The position numbers and the translations under genes are program-made. Below are positions 11,668 through 22,280 of a DNA stretch of 48,153 bases, one piece after another. The DNA lies in NCBI GenBank assembly GCA_002269645.1, contig NIVC01003137.1, forward strand, positions 1 to 48,153. The letters are read 5' to 3'. Position 1 is the stretch's first letter. Every line of letters begins with the position of its first letter. Under the pieces are notes generated by a model. The model worked only from the letters and a program-made list of their open reading frames with translations. It had not been told where the DNA came from and did not search any database. The stretch is from Macrostomum lignano (taxonomy: Eukaryota).

Positions 11668-13647
11668 TTAAACACGCCGGAAGGAGCCAAACGAGACAAA
11701 GTCAGTTGCGAAAAGCAGGCAGCGGCCGAGAAAGCGGATCCCAGCGGATCAAGCGAAGCGTTTATTTATTAGTTTAAACGAGTTAATATTTATTGGTTCG
11801 TAAAAAGGAGATAAAAAAATTGAGAAATGGCGGCGGAGCCAAGCCGGGCCGGGTGCAGAGGCTTTAAGCTGGCCGGCGCGGCCAACACCCCCACACCTCA
11901 ACCCCCCGCCAAAGTACAGCGACATGTACAGCGGCACCCTCCGGCGCGTCTAACACCCCTTACTCAGAGAGTAACGATTGCATTAAACACGCCGGAAGGA
12001 GCCAAACGAGACAAAGTCAGTTGCGAAAAGCAGGCAGCGGCCGAGAAAGCGGATCCCAACCCCAATGATGGGGAAGGGAAGGAGTAAAAGCGGGAAGGCA
12101 GTCAGGTGGACGCAGCCTGCAGCTGCGAAGCCATGAAAGAAGCAGAGCGCTGGCGGCGCGACAGGGCAGAGCTGGCAGAAAAGTAGCGGAGAACAGCGTC
12201 CGATCTCCAGACCCCAAGAGCCCGAACGTCCGATTCTGACAAGCCGATTTGATAGCAGAAACTGGCACCCCCACGTCGGATGCTGTGGCCGGAGAAACCA
12301 GCAGCTGGGAGGCCGCACGCAGCCAGACACGCACGAAGACAGCTGATGAACTGGCTGGCTGAGAGCTCGCCTCTGAGGCCGTAGCCAAAGAGTGGCGCCT
12401 TTGGGTCGCTGGTTGGTGACAGGTGCAGGTGAGACCGCAGGGCGCGCACAGGGCAGAGCGGTGACTCTTGAACAGGTGGCAGAAGAACGACATGCGGCGT
12501 CGACCCGAACTGGTTGGTCTTGGACTTAGGGAGGGCCAACTTCCAGCAGCCAGATGAAGCCAACAGGCAGGCCCGCGAGACAGAGCGGCTGCCGCGGGTC
12601 GATAGGAAGTCGCCAAGGCGCAACATGCCCCACCAGCCCACCAGAAGAGCCGCCCAGAAGGCGGCCCTGAGATCTGCGCTTGAGATGGAGCGCGGGAGCT
12701 GCTGATGGATGCTCTTGAGGTGCTCGATGGTCAGCGGCTTCGCCTGTTTGCATCGCAGGCCCAGATGACGTTTGGCGCCGCGGAGGGCCAGCTGCACGGT
12801 GAAGTTTTTCGCTGGGTCGGGGGCGCCGGTGGCTTGGTGCAGAAAAGAGACGGCATGGATGTAGGATCGGAGGCTAGAGAAGGACCGGAGCCGGGTGCTC
12901 ACCAGGTGCGCGATGTAGCGGCAGAGCAGGTCACCGTCAGCTGGAGATGAAGGGCGGCCTGCGCTAACACAGAAGGCTTCCCAGGAGCGCAGCTGGCTGA
13001 GGTAGCATCGCCAGGAGTTGTCCGCCAGGCCGAGGCGGCACAGGTGTCCGGCGGACACAGCGCGGGGGGCGGGCGGCGTCTCTGGAGGGCGAGGGCGACC
13101 TGATGATGATGCTGGCTGAGGCTGAGCCGTCAAGCACTGCTGAGTGTGAAGCTGTTGCTGAAGATCACGACGACGGCCTTCCAGGACTTGCAGTTCGAGC
13201 AGCTCCACCTCCTGCCGCAGCGCAGCCAGCCGGTCGCTCCCCGCCCCCGGAGGCGCCTCGCCCGCGCTGCCGATGGCGTCTTCGGCGTCCGGAGCAGAAG
13301 TCATCTCGGAGTTGTTGAAGTCTTCGTCAGCTTGCTCTAAACCGAGTGCAGTAGACAAGCGCTTGGCAAGCTGTTGTTTGCGGCCCGTAGTAGGCAGGCC
13401 TCTGTTTCGCAGCTCAGCCTTGAGTTGGCGCACGTTTAGTCGCTTTGGGCTGCCACTCATGGCGGTGGCTGAGCAAAAAAATTGAGAAATGGCGGCGGAG
13501 CCAAGCCGGGCCGGGTGCAGAGGCTTTAAGCTGGCCGGCGCGGCCAACACCCCCACACCTCAACCCCCCGCCAAAGTACAGCGACATGTACAGCGGCACC
13601 CTCCGGCGCGTCTAACACCCCTTACTCAGAGAGTAACGATTGCATTA
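11668..13647 (-). mobile_element. RT-less tyrosine-recombinase element with split direct repeats (Ngaro/PAT-like architecture), 1,980 bp
   Basis: 76-bp repeat at 11668-11743 and 11983-12058; 173-bp repeat at 11813-11985 and 13475-13647; both pairs appear identical; single YR ORF; flanks rejoin to match the uninterrupted repeat at 35.2-35.4 kb. Confidence 0.9.
12102..13460 (-). CDS. SAP-domain / tyrosine recombinase fusion protein, 452 aa from the Kozak ATG at 13460
   Basis: SAP-like LNVRQLKAELRNRGLPTTGRKQQLAKRL; YR motifs MLRLGDF (R, 12618-20), KSKTNQFG (K), GHSIRRGGA (HxxR, 12276-87), GVWRSDAVLRY (W, Y at 12183-85); start context gccaccgccATG; intronless and uninterrupted. Confidence 0.92.
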   Translation of the reverse strand: MSGSPKRLNVRQLKAELRNRGLPTTGRKQQLAKRLSTALGLEQADEDFNNSEMTSAPDAEDAIGSAGEAPPGAGSDRLAALRQEVELLELQVLEGRRRDLQQQLHTQQCLTAQPQPASSSGRPRPPETPPAPRAVSAGHLCRLGLADNSWRCYLSQLRSWEAFCVSAGRPSSPADGDLLCRYIAHLVSTRLRSFSSLRSYIHAVSFLHQATGAPDPAKNFTVQLALRGAKRHLGLRCKQAKPLTIEHLKSIHQQLPRSISSADLRAAFWAALLVGWWGMLRLGDFLSTRGSRSVSRACLLASSGCWKLALPKSKTNQFGSTPHVVLLPPVQESPLCPVRALRSHLHLSPTSDPKAPLFGYGLRGELSASQFISCLRACLAACGLPAAGFSGHSIRRGGASFCYQIGLSESDVRALGVWRSDAVLRYFSASSALSRRQRSASFMASQLQAAST

Positions 13648-14598
13648 TCATTAGGCATGTACACTTCACTGTGCCTTGGGGGTTGGCTCTCAAGGCTCTC
13701 AAGCTACGGCCCCCCTAAGCCACTGGCTAACACACTAAGCGGCGCGGTAATGTCAAGTTTCCCGCGTTTATACGCCTCCTAGCTCCTAAAATAAAAGGCA
13801 CAATTACAATTATGTGCATTACTTGTACTACTCTGTACAGACTTTATAGTCACAATTCGAAAAAAAGAAAAACAACCTGAATTTTGAAAATGTATTCACT
13901 GGTAATATAATGATAAATTTTTATTTAATATAATATATTGAATACGATCGTAACAGAAAAATCTGACAGTTCCCACCAGAAATTCCCACGGAGGGAGGGA
14001 CGGCTGGTTGACATAAAATTGTTCTTTTGAAAGAAGTACAAAATGCTAAAATCTACAAATTGAGCTGATTAAAAGTCTAGATTTACTTTTTCAAATGTAC
14101 ATTCATGACATATCAACTTATATAGTTTCAATGTATAAGTCGATTTGTTTTTTATTGATTTTTTTTGTTTAAACTTTTTACACTCACTTTTAAAAATACA
14201 ATTTGGCTATTATTGGTTTTGAAATTAAAATGCTCGCTTAAAACAACCGGATTTTTCTTCATAATCATAAGTCACCATAAGGTTACCTTCTTCTCACAAG
14301 CAAAACTTCTCCAAAAATATTTTCTTCGAAAAGCGCTAGAAAATGCATGCAGTTGGTTAGTTATCTTGCTACGAATTGAAAAACTCTCAGATTATTATTA
14401 TTGCCGATACTACACAGTCTTTTGATTCGGCATCTGCATCTCCTACACCTAGCTTATACCCTGACATGAACTTAGGTCATTGAACTCACAGATGATATGT
14501 TTGAAAGCTTTCCTTGCAACCCATTATTTTATTCATATGGGTCTACAAAGAATGATTTCAGCAGCTGATGTTGTAATTTAGTATGTGTTCAAGCCCAA

Positions 14599-14899
14599 GC
14601 GTTCCTATGCGTTCTATTGTAGCTCGTATTCTATGTCCTAAATTCCCGCGTTGCCGCGATGTCCACTTGCTGTAATACCAGCCTCGCCTCATTTTCAAAT
14701 AGAAAAGCTTTTGCCCGGCTATATGATGTAGCCATCTGCGAAAAACATACGTTAATAGGCTTTCCTGCACAGTTAGTGCATCCTATCGGTCACAACAGTT
14801 GTCTAATACAGATTAAACCTGATCCTAAGCTTAGGCCGCAGAATTTTTCGAAAAATTTTTGAACAGCGGAACTGATCGCTGGCTGCTGCATAGGAACGC
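14599..14899. mobile_element. 301-bp MITE, 12-bp perfect TIR (GCGTTCCTATGC), 3-bp TSD CAA; PIF/Harbinger-like by TSD length
   Basis: gcgttcctatgc at 14599-14610, gcataggaacgc at 14888-14899, caa on both sides. Confidence 0.6.
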
Positions 14900-16027
14900 C
14901 AATTGGCTGCGTAACCCACATATGTCAGTTTCCAAATCAGGGTCATATATTTACATCACCCGCGGCCCCTATCCTATACGCACTGATAATAAAATTATGC
15001 TTAATTTGTATTAAACGTTATGCGTTAAAGTAGTTTGCTTTCAAACATTACTTTCACTGGGATCCTCGGTGCGATTACTAAGTAATTTTCAAGAATATAC
15101 CAATTCTTTTTTCAAGCAGCTTGTGGGGCTGAGCAGGCCAGAGTCCGACCCCCCCCCCCAAGGCCAAAGTCACCAGCGGGTTTGAATTCTTGCGAGGCCC
15201 ACATTACCTGGGCGCTCGTTCACAAAATTTTGCCTAAGGCTTGGGCGATTCTTAACAAGACGTAGAAGGGCCAAGCAAAGGCATTCCTGCAACGAGAAAG
15301 TCAAGGCTGCTGCATGTACACCATGTGTAAGCGCGTACTCGCGTAGTACGCATCCGCTCAGGGGTCAGCGGAATGGTCGCTTGCCTCATCGCGGCTTTGC
15401 TATCTACAGTCTTTATCCATATGCTCAAGCAGCAAAGGTACATCTAGGCATTTACGTTAGGTGTCATGCATGAGAAGTTGAGTCGAGTTGAACATTCGGG
15501 CACAGACTTTGAGCTTTGATTATAAGACACCCTAATTTCTTAGCCTTCAGCAAAACTCTTGCTCCTCGCGTGCAAGTTCAGTCGAGTTGATGTGAAAAAA
15601 CTCACTAAGATAAACAAAAGTCTGGACCGGCGCCACAGTCGTGCCCCTGCAGCTCAGTGAAGCCTCAGCGCTTTCTTGATTGCCTTAAGCAGCCTTTTTA
15701 TCGCTGGATGGAGCGGAGCCCCCGCCCTCTTAATTGTTGACACACGCGGATCGCCTGGGTCAACGCGCAGCACTCGGGCACTCAGCTGGAACGGTCTTTC
15801 ACACTGCGAAGCCCGCTCCGAGCTGACAGGCGAGTCGCTAAGTCCCTCTCCTGGCCCATATTGTTCTTGTGGTCAAGTAGCCTCTAAATTTCTTACTTTG
15901 AATGCTGAGAATTTCTCCGCTGCGCAAGATATTTAAAAAATGGAGGAGGGTTGAAAACTGAGCTGACCCACACGGCCGGTAAACTCTTCAACTTGAGCAG
16001 CTCTCGCTGTCTCCGCTAGGGCCAAGC

Positions 16028-18103
16028 ATGCCAGCCATTCCCAGGCAAAGGCGCTACGATCAGGTGATGGGCGATCGAGAGCCCAAAATCACCGACAAGC
16101 GTTTCGCGCAGGAGCTGCAGCAGAAGCTGGAAGATAAGCAAAGAGTGAGCGGTTTTCTTGCCTGTTTGAGTCTGTCCGAGTACAGCTTCTCTTTCATGTT
16201 CATGAAAACGTCACGTCAGAGATATCGGTATTCTGATCTTCAATCAGGTCCACTAGACCATCCACTAGGTCACTCGAACATCCACTAGGTCACTCGACCA
16301 TCCACTAGGTGACTCGACCATCCACTAGGTCACTCGACCATCCACTAGGTCACTTGTTCATCCACTAGGTCACTCGACCATCCACTAGGTCACTCGACCA
16401 TCCACTAGGTCACTTGTTCATCCACTAGGTGACTTGACCATCCACTGGTCACTTGACCTTCCACCAGATGAATATAGACCCCAATCAGACTCAATTACTG
16501 ACCAGTGCTCCAACAAAACCCCATCAAGATGATGCAGCAGCAGAAGGAGCGCCGCCTGGCCGAGGCTGAGTCCCGCCGGGTCCGCAAGCTGGTGCTGGAT
16601 GGCGTCATCGAGCCGGGCGAGGCCAAAGGCGCAGCTGCAGCCGGCGAGGGCCGCCGCGGCCGGGACGCCGAATGGAAGGAGTTCTGGCCGCCGAATCCGT
16701 ACAAGACGGTGAGGCTCCGCAAAGAATCCTTTCTTTTAATTTGTGGCTCAGTTCAGGAAAGTCTCAAGAACACCTGGGAAGCAGATGTTCAGTGCGGCAT
16801 GCAGATACCAAGCCATATGTGATTGGCACCTGAATTTCAATAATCCATTCCGAGTGGACAGCAAAGTTTAGCTGCAGTTTCGGAAAGCTGAAAATGTCCT
16901 GCAAGCGGCCACCAGTGCAACTCATGCAGCTTCCCTCTCACATTAGCTGTCCATGAATCGGCTCAAAGCATAAATGCACCCACCAACCCTGCCGCCCTCA
17001 GCTGGCTGAGTACGAAGAGGAGAAAAAGCGGAAGGCGGACGAGGCCGGGCGGCAGCCGCACTCGGAGCCGGCGGAGACTCAGAAGGTGAGGCGTCGGACT
17101 GTCTTGCAGTTTGCGTGCAGCTCATTTGCCAACGCTCTTTGCCCGATTTGACGCCACTAGGCGTTGGGGGCCACTAGGGTTGGCGCCACTAGGGCTGGTG
17201 TAACGAGGGCTTGCGCCTCTAGGGTTGGCGCCACTAGGGTTGGCGCCACTAGGGCTGGCGCCACTAGGGCTGGTGTCACGAGGGCTGGCGCCTCTAGGGT
17301 TGGCGCCACTAGGGTTGGCGCCACTAGGGCTGGCGCCACTAGGGTTGGCGCCACTAGGGCTGGCGCCACTAGGGCTGGTGTCACTAGGGTTGGCGCCACT
17401 TGGGTTGATGTCACTAGAGCTGGTGTCCCTAGGGCTGTCGTCCCATGTTTTGGAGACACTAGGGCTGCCGTCCCATGTTTTGGAGACACTAGGGCTGCCG
17501 TCCCATGTTTTGGAGACACTAGGGCTGCCGTCCCATGTTTTGGAGACACTAGGGCTGCCGTCCCATGTTTTGGAGACACTAGGGCTGTCGTCCCATGTTT
17601 TGGAGACACTAGGGCTGTCGTCCCTTGTTTTGGCGCCACTAGGGCTGCCGTCCGTTGTTTTGGAGACACTAGGGCTGCCGTCCGAATTGTTTTGGAGACA
17701 CTAGGGCTGCCGTCCCATGTTTTGGCGCCACTAGGGCTGGCTCGAAGATTCAAAACAACGAAATCGCAAGGTTTCGAGCTGGTGGAAATGATGTGCAATT
17801 TCTGATGAGCCTTTTTAAATTGCCGGGGTGTCAACTCAGTGCCCGCCTGCTCCATTCCAGCTCGCAGAGTCCGAGCCGGCCACCGAGGAAGCCCAGGCCA
17901 CTTCGGCAGCCGCCACCGCGGGCGAGCACCGAGCAGCGGAGTCGGCCGCGCCCGCTGGCCGCTACGAGGGCACCCAGTCGCCGCGCATCGAGGAGCTGAT
18001 GCGCGAGGAGGACCTCGACCAGCTGTACAGCAAGGCCTCGCAAATCGTGTACATCATGACGCCGCCAGCGAAAAGGCAGCAGGCCGCCAAGTTGCACCGC
18101 TGA
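16028..18103 (+). CDS. Uncharacterised spliced gene. Exons ~16020/16028-16144, 16506-16708, 17002-17085, 17861-18103; charged/coiled-coil protein
   Basis: GC3-rich codons. Clean phase-0 GT-AG joins ...PNPYKT|LAEYEEEKKRK...TQK|LAESEP...KLHR*. Exon 1-2 phase unresolved. No family recognised. Confidence 0.6.
16250..16465. repeat. 20-bp minisatellite (ccatccactaggtcactcga), about 10 copies
   Basis: Direct tandem repeat in intron 1 of the uncharacterised gene. Confidence 0.93.
17157..17740. repeat. 15-bp (gcgccactagggttg) grading into 30-bp (ggagacactagggctgccgtcccatgtttt) minisatellite
   Basis: Direct tandem repeats in intron 3. Confidence 0.93.
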
Positions 18104-18416
18104 AGCAGCCATTCAGGAGATGGGACAATGAAAACAGACTCTCAACACTTGCTGCATGTGCACCATTGTCAACGTCTGTAACCGTCTTTTCACACCCAAT
18201 CAAATATTTTCTCAACCACTGAGAAATCTGCAAGTTTCTCCCGTTTGTCATCTCGTCACTGCAGACAGAATCAGCACTCGCTATAAGATTGGGAGTTTTC
18301 CATGTTTAGCCCAAAACATTGGCGATATCTCACCTCCCGGATTTCCAACTTGCAAATGAAGCACGTTCAAAGCACGTGTGTTTTCAAGCTGAAGTGATAA
18401 AGAAAGTTCTAGCGAA

Positions 18417-18735
18417 TACCACAGATACTGTATACCCTAGATGGCTGACTCCACAGATACTGTATACCCTAGATGGCTCACTCCACAGATACTGTATACC
18501 CAATAGATGGCTCACTCCACAGATACTGTATACCCTAGATGGCTCACTCCACAGATACTGTATACCCTAGATGGCTCACTCCACAGATACTGTATACCCT
18601 AGATGGCTCACTCCACAGATACTGTATACCCAATAGATGGCTCACTCCACAGATACTGTATACCCTAGATGGCTGAATCCACAGATACTGTATACCCTAG
18701 ATGACTCACTCCACTGATGGCTCACTCCACATACT
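18417..18735. repeat. 32-bp minisatellite (ctccacagatactgtataccctagatggctca), about 9 copies
   Basis: Period measured 18449 to 18481. Confidence 0.93.
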
Positions 18736-19543
18736 CGTAGAATAAGAAAATTGTCTAAACGAAAAGCTGTATGAATAGCACAGGAGCTATAAGAAAGGCA
18801 AAACATATCAAAGCAGACATGTATATGCAAAACAAAACATAAACATAAGATGAACATTGGGTCTGCTTCTATCGAAAGCAATACCAATTTTTGTGCTGAA
18901 AAATGAAAACTTTCTATCTCCGTAGTGTATTTTTCAGAAAAACCTGCCTCCTAATTTTTTTCCAAAAACGAGGTTTCCTGTCCTACTTGAGTAGTCCTTG
19001 CGCTACTACCGACTGCGGGACCTGGAGACAGGCAGGCAGGCAGGGCTGGGAAACTAATCGTTTCAAAGGCCGGTTTGACAGTACCGGCATTAGTAATCAG
19101 TAAGCGGTCCTTATGTGCGTCCTTGTTCGAGTACTTTAGACTTTCGGGATGCATCTCTCAGTCTGACTGACTCGCCAGTAGCCGCCCCATGCCAGGCCAG
19201 GTGAGAGATGCAGAGTTGCCTGTCACCTGCGTCAAGCCAGTCGCTAATTGGCATTAAAAAATTAATTAATTGCTAATTTTTATGGCTAATTTAGAAGGTG
19301 GATTCTTGAAAATGATGAATGATTGCTGGCTCCGGGGGTTGCATGATCTCCAACCGCTCACCCACCCCACCGATTCTGTGCTTGATTTACCCGAGGCAGT
19401 TCTACAAGTCAGCCAAAATGTTGATATCAGCTAGAAGTCAGAGCTGGGCAGACTGCCTTCATTACTCCATTTTACCTCCTAGTTTGAACAATTCTTGTTT
19501 GAAACCAGCAGGACTTCAATTCAAACACTTAAAGAAACCCCAG

Positions 19544-20125
19544 GGCGTTGTTTTACGAACTGCGTCTTAAGACTGACTCCTAAGTTCCAACTTACGCTCG
19601 AACTTAAGACTGAGCCGTAAATGCGTTTTACAAATTTTAGCTAGCAGAGACACGGTCACGGCTTGTATTACTTCTTGTTCATTGAGTTAATTTTGCATTG
19701 CAAATCACATTCGAATGGCTGATAAAAGAAGACCTAATTTTAGTCAGAAAGAGATTTTGAAATGAACGTCGTCCCCAGGGGTTGACGCCAAACCCGAGGA
19801 ATCCTTTGCATCTCGGTTGCACGACGAGCAATTAAAACGGCAAACATTTTATTCCAACAGATCGGCTCTTGCTGTTCAGATAGCGACTTGAAACTTAGGA
19901 CAACTCTAGATGTGTCCTAAAGTTAAGACCGACCATGACAGTTTTGGTCATAGACAGTCTCTCTTGGTAAAACGCACCAGTCGTAAGTTCGATCTTATCT
20001 TCCATTAGGTCAGACCTTAGTTGGATCCCAGCTAAGATCGACTTTTATCTTCATAGAACACGTCGATCCTACACTCAATCCTAAGTTTGATCTTAAGATT
20101 GAACTTTGGTTCGTAAAACACCGCC
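19544..20125. mobile_element. 582-bp PIF/Harbinger-like MITE, 17-bp TIR, TSD CAG
   Basis: ggcgttgttttacgaac (19544-19560) vs gttcgtaaaacaccgcc (20109-20125), 1 mismatch; cag on both flanks; subterminal cttaag motifs. Confidence 0.72.
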
Positions 20126-20959
20126 CAGCGCTTGCTGAAGTTCAATTTAAACGAAGTTTCATTCCATTGAAACAGATGAAATTCAATTTAGACCGCCTGT
20201 GGCCAAAATCGTCCCGAAGTGACGCGACCTTTGAATTTGAAATTCAAGGGAAACAAAGATATTCTATTTCGGCAGATTTTTGTCAGATATAGATACATTT
20301 TTAAAAAGTTAATCTTCTTTTTTCATTGTACAGCATAAGTCTTCAATTATTGCGCACCAAGAATCGACATGAGTGCTGAAGATGATCAGATTGAAGAATC
20401 GATTACTTTGACCTGCCAAAAGTGCCATGTAGAAGTTAGAAAGCAAAGTTCACTCAAGTGCATTTGGAAATTTTATAGTTTTTATAGTTGCTTCCCGTGA
20501 TAAATTTGAACAGGAAATCTAGCTATAAAGTTTCGAATTTTAAAAACCTTACTGAAGAGGATAAATAAATTTACCTAATAACTCATGAAGATAGAGACTT
20601 AATTGAAATTCTAGCAAAATTCATCAGACTTGGCGCAAGCCAAAATGCAACTGAGGCTTCATATTGGCTTTATAAAGAAGCTTATAATTGATTCTATCTA
20701 GTTAGCCAGTGCGGGTTGTCAAGACCAAGTGCTCCTAGTGGTCCTTGAGCCAGCTTGCATGCATGGTTTAGTCTTGTTTAATTGCTTTTCATGCAAGCAG
20801 TTTTTTCAAACAAAGTAAATGGGGATGCGGTTCTATCATTAACTATTATCTGATCTTATCAGTTTTTGTCAGCCAGGTAGCTGCACAGGTGCTCCTGCGA
20901 TAACCATCATTCAGCATGCAGCCATATCTTGATAATCTCCTTGAAAATGGCTGAACTAA

Positions 20960-22280
20960 TTACTAGCACTCCCGCTAGCACTTCCAATAGCACTCCCAGT
21001 AGCACTCCAACTAGCACTCCCACAAGCACTCCCAGTAGCACCCCAACTAGCACTCCCACAAGCACTCCCACAAGCACTCCCACTAGCACTCCCACAAGCA
21101 CTTCCACAAGCACTCCCACTAGCACTCCCACTAGCACTCACAAGCACTCCCACAAGCACTCCCACAAGCACTTCCACTAGCACTCCCACAAGCACTCCCA
21201 CTAGCACTCCCACTAGCACTCCCACAAGAACTCCCACAAGCACTTCCACTAGCACTTCCACAAGCACTTCCACTAGCTAGCACTCCCACAAGCACTCCCA
21301 CAAGCACTTCCACTCCCACAAGCACTCCCACAAGCACTTCCACTAGCACTCCCACAAGCACTTCCACAAGCACTCCCACAAGCACTCCCACAAGCGCTCC
21401 CACTAGCACTCCCACAAGCACTCCCACTAGCACTCACAAGCACTCCCACAAGCACTCCCACAAGCACTTCCACTAGCACTCCCACAAGCACTCCCACTAG
21501 CACTCCCACTAGCACTCCCACAAGAACTCCCACAAGCACTTCCACTAGCACTCCCACTAGCACTCCCACAAGCACTCCCACAAGCATTCCCACAAGCACT
21601 TCCACTAGCACTCCCACTAGCAATCCCACAAGAACTCCCACAAGCACTCCCACAAGCACTTCCACTAGCACTCCCACTAGCACTCCCACAAGAACTCCCA
21701 CAAGCACTCCCACAAGCACTCCCACAAGCACTTCCACTAGCACTCCCACTAGCACTCCCACAAGAACTCCCACAAGCACTCCCACAAGCACTCTCACAAG
21801 CACTCCCACAAGCACTCCCACTAGCACTCCCACAAGCACTCCCACAAGCACTTCCACAAGCACTCTCACAAGCACTCCCACAAGCACTTCCACTAGCTAG
21901 CACTCCCACAAGCACTCCCACAAGCATTCCCACAAGCACTTCCACAAGCACTTCCACAAGCACTCCCACAAGCACTCCCACAAGCACTCCCACTAGCTAG
22001 CACTCCCACAAGCACTCCCACTAGCACTCCCACAAGCACTTCCACTAGCTAGCACTCCCACAAGCACTCCCACAAGCATTCCCACAAGCACTTCCACAAG
22101 CACTTCCACAAGCACTCCCACAAGCACTCCCACAAGCACTCCCACTAGCTAGCACTCCCACAAGCACTCCCACTAGCACTCCCACAAGCACTCCCACAAG
22201 CACTCCTACTAGCACTTCCACTAGCACTCCCACAAGCACTCCCACAAGCACTCCCACAAGCACTCCCACAAGCACTCCCA
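20960..22280. repeat. 12-bp minisatellite (cacaagcactcc / cactagcactcc variants), about 110 copies
   Basis: Direct tandem repeat ending about 250 bp before the ENaC ATG. Confidence 0.96.

Noticed and set aside
11749-13782. Small ORFs 11749-11937, 11827-12087, 13414-13599 and 13489-13782 as gag/RT remnants of the YR element
   Set aside because: They are readings of the duplicated repeats; no YxDD or RNase H motif was found.
14459-14945. accctga...tcagggt as piggyBac-like ends
   Set aside because: Only 7 bp of complementarity and no TTAA duplication.
17801-17830. ctgatgag as a hammerhead ribozyme core (also at ~32329)
   Set aside because: No stem II followed by GAAA, and no flanking stems.
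20370-20500. MSAEDDQ...TCQKCHVEVRKQSSLKC, a PHD-like start of a retroelement ORF1
   Set aside because: Short, terminates quickly, lacks the remaining Cys/His ligands, and no RT nearby; at most a decayed fragment.
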